From NCBI GenBank assembly GCA_051870875.1, contig JBJECG010000029.1, forward strand, positions 5,525 to 69,524: a stretch of 64,000 nt of DNA, read 5' to 3'. The position numbers were made by a program, and so were the translations under genes. A model generated the notes under the pieces. It was not told the DNA's origin, made no database searches, and was given only the letters and a program-made list of their open reading frames with translations. This document shows positions 57,625 to 64,000 of this stretch, piece by piece. The first letter of the stretch is position 1. Every line of letters starts with the position of its first letter. Source of the stretch: Candidatus Aphodosoma sp. (lineage in GTDB: Bacteria; Bacteroidota; Bacteroidia; Bacteroidales; Paludibacteraceae).

Positions 57625-59208
57625 ATGATAGATAAACGCACTACACTCAGAGCAGTACTGACAATACCGGTACTGCTCATATTGTCTGCCGTCCTACAAG
57701 CCGAAACGCCTCGTCTGGTGTTATTTATATCTGTCAACGGACTAAATGCCAACGAATTGGAGGCTTATGCGCCATCATTGTCAAAAAACGGACTGATGCG
57801 TCTGACTACTATGGGAGCATACACCAACAAAGCACAATACCAGTATATGTCGGCAGATGCCACCACTCATTATGCATCGATATTTACAGGATCTACCCCA
57901 CACTACCATGGCATAGTATCGGAACGATTTTATTCACTGATAGACGATGACATAGTATCTTGTATAGACGATGCCAGATATGCTGGAATCAATAGTCCTC
58001 TCAACGTATCACCCCGACTATTGCAGGCAACAACAATGGCAGACCAACTGAAACTTTACTATACCGACAGCAAAGTATATTCCATAGGGCTTAACGCCGA
58101 AAGCGCAATCATGATGGGAGGTCACCTTGCCGACGGAGTGATATGGATAGACCGGCAAACTGCAAAAATAGCCACAACTACATTCTATAACAACGGGTTG
58201 CCGGTATGGGCAGAAAAAATAAACAACGACAGTACCATAAAACAGTTGTACTCCAATGCCTGGTACGCACAGAAGAAACTCAAATCATACCAATATCCAC
58301 CTACTGAACCATATTACGGTGAAGAGATTCCTGCATTCCAAAAGTTCAGGAACAGCGACAATATTACTCAGAACATTGATAACCTGTTGCATACTCCATT
58401 GATAAATGACGTAATAAAAGATTTGGCAGTAAGAGCGTTACGAGATGAACAACTCGGAACAGACAATGCACCGGACATGCTGTGCATAGAATTCAATGCC
58501 AGAATAAAGAAAAACGATGTGGCACTATGCGCTGAAAAAGAAGATCTGCTTATACGTCTTGATGAAAATATAGAACGTCTGCTGGAAGCCGTAGAGATAT
58601 CTGTAGGAATCGACAACAGCATAATAATATTTACATCACCTGTAACTGCACCATCAAACATATCCGGACAAACAGATGCAGACCGCATAAACCATGGCAC
58701 ATTCAATGCAGACCGGGCAATGGCACTGCTCAATGCCTACCTTATGGCAATATACGGTCAAGGACGTTGGGTAACAGGATATTACAATAAAAACATACAC
58801 TTGAACAAACGTCTGATAGAAGACAACAATGTAAAAACAAACGAGATATCGGATTATGCGGCCCAATTCATAACAGAATTCTCCGGTGTACACAGTGCCA
58901 TAACATCCTACCAACTGCAAACAGCTTCAAGTATGCCGTATGACACACCGGCACGCATGCGCAATTCGCACTATAAAAACCGTTCAGGAGATGTTATATT
59001 CACACTGCTGCCTGGCTGGCATGAAAAAACACTTGATGGTACCCACATCACAACATCGTACAACTATCCTCTGCCTATAGCTATAATTGCTCCTGGCATA
59101 TCATCACACAAGCTGGATATCAACGTGGAAGACGTGTGTCCGACAATATGCAACATGCTGCATATACCAATGCCCAATGCATGCATAGGGTCAATATCAG
59201 CACTTTAA
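57625..59208 (+). CDS. alkaline-phosphatase-superfamily protein (PafA/NPP-like), possibly catalytically degenerate
   Basis: 527 aa with a signal peptide. PRLVLFISVNGLNANEL and ADATTHYASIFTGSTPHYHGIV align by eye to the AP/NPP N-terminal motifs. However, Asn replaces the expected first metal-ligand Asp, and no DHG-type motif is evident near aa 333-343. Confidence 0.6.
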   Translation: MIDKRTTLRAVLTIPVLLILSAVLQAETPRLVLFISVNGLNANELEAYAPSLSKNGLMRLTTMGAYTNKAQYQYMSADATTHYASIFTGSTPHYHGIVSERFYSLIDDDIVSCIDDARYAGINSPLNVSPRLLQATTMADQLKLYYTDSKVYSIGLNAESAIMMGGHLADGVIWIDRQTAKIATTTFYNNGLPVWAEKINNDSTIKQLYSNAWYAQKKLKSYQYPPTEPYYGEEIPAFQKFRNSDNITQNIDNLLHTPLINDVIKDLAVRALRDEQLGTDNAPDMLCIEFNARIKKNDVALCAEKEDLLIRLDENIERLLEAVEISVGIDNSIIIFTSPVTAPSNISGQTDADRINHGTFNADRAMALLNAYLMAIYGQGRWVTGYYNKNIHLNKRLIEDNNVKTNEISDYAAQFITEFSGVHSAITSYQLQTASSMPYDTPARMRNSHYKNRSGDVIFTLLPGWHEKTLDGTHITTSYNYPLPIAIIAPGISSHKLDINVEDVCPTICNMLHIPMPNACIGSISAL

Positions 59209-59224
59209 CACTCACTATACTGAC

Positions 59225-62200
59225 ATGTACGACTCTTTTCTCCACGATATAGCAAAACTGTATTATAACAATACAATCGAAGATAACCTGAAACCTGCCG
59301 ATATACTGTTTGTTTTTCCCAACCGCCGTGCAGGATTGTTTTTCAGGAAAGAGTACTGTGCATTGGCCAGCCATGCCGTCTTTGCACCAAACACTACAGA
59401 CATCAACCGACTTTGCGAAATGCTTACTCCTCTGAAGCTTTGCAATGAAATAGAACAGTTGGTAAAACTGTATAAAAGCTATCGTTTCGTAAGTTCGTCA
59501 AACCGACTTTCAACGGCAATTACATCATTCGATGCATTTATCGGTCTCGGTAATACCCTTTTGTCTGACTTTAACGATATAGACAAATATTTGGTACAAG
59601 CCGAAATGTTGTATAAAAACATTGATGCGCTGAAACAACTGACCGTTGATATGAACTATTTCTCCGGAGACCAAAAAAAAGCCATAGAACAAGCATTCTG
59701 GCAAAAAGTATTCATTAATACAGAAGATGACGGATTGAAATTCCAAAATCAGTTCATATCATTATGGAGCTTGCAATTCCCTATATACCGCCATTTCCGC
59801 AAACAACTACTCCAAGAAGGAATAGGCTACCAAGGTATGCTGTATCGCGATGTTGTAGAAAACCGCCTTACCTCAGACGATATTACCATACATTACAAAC
59901 GATTGGTTTTTATCGGATTCAATATGCTTACAGCATCAGAAGAAGCAATATTCCGTTATTTCCAAAAACGAGATATGGCAGATTTTTATTTCGACTATCC
60001 ACAACAATATGCCGGAAATTCTCCGTTTTCCGATACCGTAGCATATATGTACAGCGACAATCTGACCAAATTTCCATCAAAATACGAATATATCCAACCT
60101 ACAGCAAAAAAATGCGGTGACATAGTAATTTACGGATCGCCGTCAATCTCCGAACAGAGCGACATAGCAGCAAAACAAATACATAAAATATATGTGGAAA
60201 ACGGACGAGATATGGAAAAAACCATCAACAGTACAGTCGTAATTCCAGCCGATGAAAGCATGTTGCCATACCTGCTACAGTCTCTGCCTCCATACATTGA
60301 GCATCTTAACGTGACAATGGGATACCCACTTACACAATCACCAATATCCAATCTTATAGACAACATCATATCACTGCACACTGAAAAAAAGTCAGTCAAT
60401 ACCTTTTATTACAAGCCTATTATAAATATACTGACCCACCCATACATACAACGCAACCACCACGTGTTGTCTACAAAACTGCTTGGTTACATCACAGGAA
60501 ACAATTTTGTACGTATAAGTCAGTCCGACATAAACGCATACATAGATTCTGTAAGAAATGACAACAATGGCATATCGGATGAAGTGGCATTTTTCAAACG
60601 GCTTCTGACAACGCAAACTTCTGTTGCCGGATTATTTGGTTATATTCACTCAATATTGGATCTGTTTCTGACACAGTATGACAAACTGGACGATACCACC
60701 ATGTATAGATTTGAAATCGAATACATAGTACAGTACAAACAATATGTTGCCCAACTTGAGCATATTTTGTCGGATGTTGTTGACGATATCGGCATGACGA
60801 CACTGCACTCTTTAATAAGGAGACTCACATCCAACCTTAAAGTGCAGTTCAAAGGCGAACCGCTTAACGGATTCCAGATAATGGGAATGTTGGAAAGCAG
60901 GTTGATTGACTTTGACAACATCATAATATTGGGCTTCAACGATATAAATATTCCAGGTGTAAAAATCAGTCAATCACTTATACCGTACACACTCAGACGG
61001 AGTTACGATTTGCCCACTTACGAACACTCAGACAAGATATATGCGTACAACTTCTACCGTATGCTGTACCGGGCCAAGCACGTGACACTAACCTACAACT
61101 CACGTGACAACGATTCAAACAACGAAATATCACGCTACTACCATCAAATTAGACATTTGTTGCCCATGGTGGTCAATGATATAAAAGTTACAGTCAACAA
61201 GAAACACCATATTGCTGTAATGCCGTTACAATCAGTCGGAAATGAAATAGAGATAATCAAAACGCCTGATATTATGTCAGTTCTTGACAGATACAAAAAA
61301 ACAGAATCGCTCTCTGCAAGTGCACTGAAAAACTATATAGCCTGTCCATTGAAATTTTATTTCAATTCCATAACGAAAATCAAACAGGCGAATGAAATCG
61401 ATGAAACCAACAATGCTCCAATATTGGGCCTCATCTTTCACAAAGCTATGGAAATATACTACAATGAACACACAAATGGCATACACGGTGCAACAAACAA
61501 GGAAATGGCAGAAGGATTGGTACAAAGGGCATTTGCAGCAATCAGAGCAACAGAAAAGAAAGGGTTGGAGATTGCAGGATTCAATCGTTTGATATTCAAT
61601 ATAGTATGTGATTTTATACTGTTAACACTGAATTATGACAAGCAACGCAAACCTTTTGAAAACGTACTCTCAGAAAAAAAGATACAGACTAAATCTGAAA
61701 ACGGCATAAATTTCACGGCTATATTAGACCGCATAGATACAACAATAGAAGATGGAATAATCAATATAATCGACTACAAAACCACAAAATCAGATCAGAC
61801 ATCATACACATGCAAACTCCTCAACCTGTTCAACAGTCCGAACAAAACCGACCAAGAAGTATTTCAAATACTGCTGTACTGCCATATATACAGTACCTGC
61901 CACAATGTCCCGGCAAACCGACTCCGTCCGAATATATACAATATCTATGACATATCGCAAAAGGCAAACAACGTAAACAATGAAAGTGCTTTTGAACACA
62001 CGCACATTACCGTAAAAGTTCCGAAATCACTCAGTGATGCCCTTTCCGATGATGATATCACGATAGATTACGAAAGTCTGCACAATGAAAAGGAAACCGT
62101 AAGTATCGACATATACAACTATGAATCCATCCGAATTCCATTCGAAATAATGCTGCGACATCTTATTGCAGAAATATTCAATCCCACTGTACCGTTCAAA

Positions 62201-62287
62201 GCCAATCCGGACGACAGACAACACAAAAGCTGCCAATATTGCCCGTACACCAGAATATGCAGAAAAGAAAAAGACTTGAAATTCTGA
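59225..62287 (+). CDS. addB: AddB-like PD-(D/E)XK nuclease family protein
   Basis: 1020 aa. The N-terminal LFVFPNRRAGLFFRKEY is typical of Bacteroidota AddB-like proteins and there is no Walker A. The C-terminal nuclease motif is LDRID...INIIDYKT. Cys ligands occur at ...YIACPLKF... and CQYCPYTRIC (Fe-S staple pattern). Confidence 0.75.
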   Translation: MYDSFLHDIAKLYYNNTIEDNLKPADILFVFPNRRAGLFFRKEYCALASHAVFAPNTTDINRLCEMLTPLKLCNEIEQLVKLYKSYRFVSSSNRLSTAITSFDAFIGLGNTLLSDFNDIDKYLVQAEMLYKNIDALKQLTVDMNYFSGDQKKAIEQAFWQKVFINTEDDGLKFQNQFISLWSLQFPIYRHFRKQLLQEGIGYQGMLYRDVVENRLTSDDITIHYKRLVFIGFNMLTASEEAIFRYFQKRDMADFYFDYPQQYAGNSPFSDTVAYMYSDNLTKFPSKYEYIQPTAKKCGDIVIYGSPSISEQSDIAAKQIHKIYVENGRDMEKTINSTVVIPADESMLPYLLQSLPPYIEHLNVTMGYPLTQSPISNLIDNIISLHTEKKSVNTFYYKPIINILTHPYIQRNHHVLSTKLLGYITGNNFVRISQSDINAYIDSVRNDNNGISDEVAFFKRLLTTQTSVAGLFGYIHSILDLFLTQYDKLDDTTMYRFEIEYIVQYKQYVAQLEHILSDVVDDIGMTTLHSLIRRLTSNLKVQFKGEPLNGFQIMGMLESRLIDFDNIIILGFNDINIPGVKISQSLIPYTLRRSYDLPTYEHSDKIYAYNFYRMLYRAKHVTLTYNSRDNDSNNEISRYYHQIRHLLPMVVNDIKVTVNKKHHIAVMPLQSVGNEIEIIKTPDIMSVLDRYKKTESLSASALKNYIACPLKFYFNSITKIKQANEIDETNNAPILGLIFHKAMEIYYNEHTNGIHGATNKEMAEGLVQRAFAAIRATEKKGLEIAGFNRLIFNIVCDFILLTLNYDKQRKPFENVLSEKKIQTKSENGINFTAILDRIDTTIEDGIINIIDYKTTKSDQTSYTCKLLNLFNSPNKTDQEVFQILLYCHIYSTCHNVPANRLRPNIYNIYDISQKANNVNNESAFEHTHITVKVPKSLSDALSDDDITIDYESLHNEKETVSIDIYNYESIRIPFEIMLRHLIAEIFNPTVPFKANPDDRQHKSCQYCPYTRICRKEKDLKF

Positions 62288-62365
62288 CTTCTCATTTCTT
62301 TTGCATAGCGCAGACAACATAGTTGTCATAACAGTTCTGGGAAACAAGCACCAACTTTGGAAATG

Positions 62366-63277
62366 TCAATACAAATCATTCAAACTACGTGATGTATCCG
62401 AAGCCGGCTGAAAAGTCGGGTCTTCAAATGTTTCATCGACAGCTAACGGCTTACCCTCTTCAATATATTTTCTGATAAAATACTCCACTTCTTCAACCGT
62501 GCGCGAACCGAATGAACAAACTTCATGCCCAAGGCCTTCGTACCGGCGGATGTAATAAGGGTATCCCAAACGTCTGAAACGCCTTACGAGAGAACAAGCC
62601 CCGAAAAATCCGAGATTACCGATCTTTATCTGTTTGTATGTGACTACACGGTCATTCGTTCCATGGAAAAACATGGTTGGTGCAGGTGCATGCAACTTAT
62701 AATCGACATATCCTTCAGTTGAAAACACAGCGCCTGAATATGGGATAATTCCGGCAAAACGGAAATCAGACGGCAATGAACATGTAAGTTCACTCCCGTT
62801 AGAATGAAAATAGTCAGTCTGCAATGAGGTGACAGCCCCTGCACTCGACCCAGTCAAAATAATTTTTTCTGAATCAATGCCATATTCATCGGCATGTTCC
62901 ACTATATACGCCACAGCATCGGCACAATCTTCAACCGCCATATTTATAGCCCGTTGTATGGCACGGACAAATTTCATTCCTTTTACATTTACCCCTTTCA
63001 TACCCAACCGATAGTCCACAGCCACCACAGTGTAACCCCGATTGCTCATCACGGTACAATAATCGGTTGAAACAGAATCAAGACGATGTCCGGTAAAGAA
63101 TCCTCCACCAAACATATACACTATGCAATAAGGCTTTGCTATCTCTTTTTCCGGTTGATATACCGTCAGATGAATATTGCCAGTATCACGCACGGCATAC
63201 GGAACATGAGTTACGGTGACAGATTTGACAAATAAACAAAGACTGACAAAAAACAAACATAAGAACATTCGTTTCAT
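62366..63277 (-). CDS. alpha/beta hydrolase (esterase/lipase type), secreted
   Basis: FGGGFFTGH is an oxyanion-hole motif and GSSAGA is the GxSxG nucleophile elbow. The signal peptide MKRMFLCLFFVSLCLFVKS starts at an internal ATG. The ORF-track start at 63304 is also possible. Confidence 0.8.
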   Translation of the reverse strand: MKRMFLCLFFVSLCLFVKSVTVTHVPYAVRDTGNIHLTVYQPEKEIAKPYCIVYMFGGGFFTGHRLDSVSTDYCTVMSNRGYTVVAVDYRLGMKGVNVKGMKFVRAIQRAINMAVEDCADAVAYIVEHADEYGIDSEKIILTGSSAGAVTSLQTDYFHSNGSELTCSLPSDFRFAGIIPYSGAVFSTEGYVDYKLHAPAPTMFFHGTNDRVVTYKQIKIGNLGFFGACSLVRRFRRLGYPYYIRRYEGLGHEVCSFGSRTVEEVEYFIRKYIEEGKPLAVDETFEDPTFQPASDTSRSLNDLY

Positions 63278-63320
63278 AACTGTAATGATATGGGTTTCAG
63301 GCATTCATTTGATAATACTG

Positions 63321-63328
63321 CAAATATA
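63321..63328 (-). promoter_or_regulatory. candidate -7 promoter box for the esterase gene
   Basis: Plus-strand CAAATATA, 44 nt upstream of ATG 63277. Confidence 0.4.
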
Positions 63329-63337
63329 CAGAAAATA

Positions 63338-63372
63338 CCAAAGACCGTGTCTTGACAAGACACAGTCTTTGG
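63338..63372 (-). terminator. stem-loop terminator after tkt
   Basis: ccaaagaccgtgtcttg / caagacacagtctttgg inverted repeat with one mismatch. T-rich sequence lies on both sides. It is about 30 nt past the tkt stop. Confidence 0.5.
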
Positions 63373-63400
63373 ATTGTTTTATTATTGTATTCTAATCCAA

Positions 63401-64000
63401 TTACAAGAGAGCTTTGATTTGTTCTGCTACTTGAGTAGGAGTAAATCCCAGTTTTTCATCAAGCACTTTGTATGGCGCAGAAAAACCGAATGAATTCAAA
63501 CCAAATACAGTTCCATTTTCACCAACAAGACCGGCAAGATTTACAGGCAAACCGGCAGTAAGTCCAAAACGCTTTACACCGGCCGGAAGTACCTTCTGTT
63601 GGTATTCTATCGGTTGCAAACGGAAAAGGCCTTCTGAAGGGACTGATACCAATCTGTAGCGAATACCGTCTTCATGAAGAATGGAACCGGCTTCGGCAAG
63701 CGTTGACACTTCAGAGCCGGAAGCGAGAAGAACGATTTGAGGGTTTTCGTCAGAAGTAACGATATAGGCTCCGTGTACGGCAGCTTTAGCCTCCACAGGC
63801 CGATTGCCAGGAAGGTCGGTGATATTCTGACGGGAAAGGATAATGGCTGAAGGTGTATCGACATTGTTCATCATCATCTCATAAGCCACAGTTGTCTCAT
63901 AAACATCGGCAGGACGAAGTACAAGCATCGAATTGTGTCCATGATGATTCTGAAGTTTTTCCATCAGACGTATTTGAGCTTCCTGTTCCACAGGTTCGTG
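63401..64000 (-). CDS. tkt: transketolase, C-terminal part (gene continues beyond the right edge)
   Basis: The frame is open to the window edge. HEPVEQEAQIRLM...LRPADVYET...PSAIILSRQNI...FGFSAPYKVL are transketolase pyrimidine-binding and C-terminal domain motifs. Confidence 0.85.
   Translation of the reverse strand, partial: HEPVEQEAQIRLMEKLQNHHGHNSMLVLRPADVYETTVAYEMMMNNVDTPSAIILSRQNITDLPGNRPVEAKAAVHGAYIVTSDENPQIVLLASGSEVSTLAEAGSILHEDGIRYRLVSVPSEGLFRLQPIEYQQKVLPAGVKRFGLTAGLPVNLAGLVGENGTVFGLNSFGFSAPYKVLDEKLGFTPTQVAEQIKALL

Noticed and set aside
1-64000. Search for CRISPR arrays, IS elements, integrases, prophage genes or toxin-antitoxin / defence cassettes
   Set aside because: I saw no regularly spaced repeats, no transposase, integrase or RT motifs, and no typical defence-gene domains in any frame. 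The single tRNA (Gln) has no adjacent integrase or direct repeat of its 3' end that I could find.

Overview
This window looks like core chromosome of a Bacteroidales (Bacteroidota) bacterium. The taxon call rests on gene content (gldD/gldE, DUF3575, DUF349, DUF4105, Na+-pumping methylmalonyl-CoA decarboxylase operon, serine palmitoyltransferase-like gene), on recurrent TAnnTTTG '-7' promoter boxes, and on the absence of Shine-Dalgarno-like leaders.

I can support about 50 protein genes at high density, one tRNA (Gln, anticodon CTG), a set of intrinsic-terminator hairpins and about 20 candidate promoters. I saw no rRNA, CRISPR array, transposase, integrase or phage gene.

Recognisable blocks:
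- DUF3575 locus, left edge
- gldE-gldD-PPTase-S9 peptidase chain
- mce-mmdA-oadG-mmdC-mmdB propionate-pathway operon
- AddA-like helicase-nuclease plus M23 peptidase
- spt-panB
- DUF349, GT2, DUF1015, recQ
- putative porin, ald, valS, TPR protein-gyrA, XRE regulator
- NIF3 plus COG1579 zinc-ribbon pair
- nitroreductase-DUF2520-kdsC-ubiA-maf followed by an ABC substrate-binding protein and permease
- alaS
- membrane protein-fetA-fetB-Cys-rich peptide
- glucosaminidase-DUF4105-alkaline-phosphatase-like-AddB-like chain
- an esterase and the 3' part of tkt

I did not find a clear-cut novel multi-gene system. The window reads as ordinary housekeeping DNA.

The most anomalous locus is a roughly 1.4-kb ORF-free stretch (40783-42186) between the XRE regulator and the zinc-ribbon gene. 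It combines a G-depleted TA-rich tract, an orphan promoter box overlapping a near-palindrome, and a segment of coding-like composition with broken reading frames.

Secondary curiosities:
- a biotin carrier (MmdC) with two tandem biotinyl domains
- AddA-like and AddB-like genes about 41.6 kb apart, each beside a cell-wall hydrolase gene
- an alkaline-phosphatase-superfamily protein whose expected metal-ligand motifs look substituted
- an ABC importer with no ATPase gene, followed by a 24-bp perfect palindrome

All family assignments come from motif recognition by eye. No searches were run.
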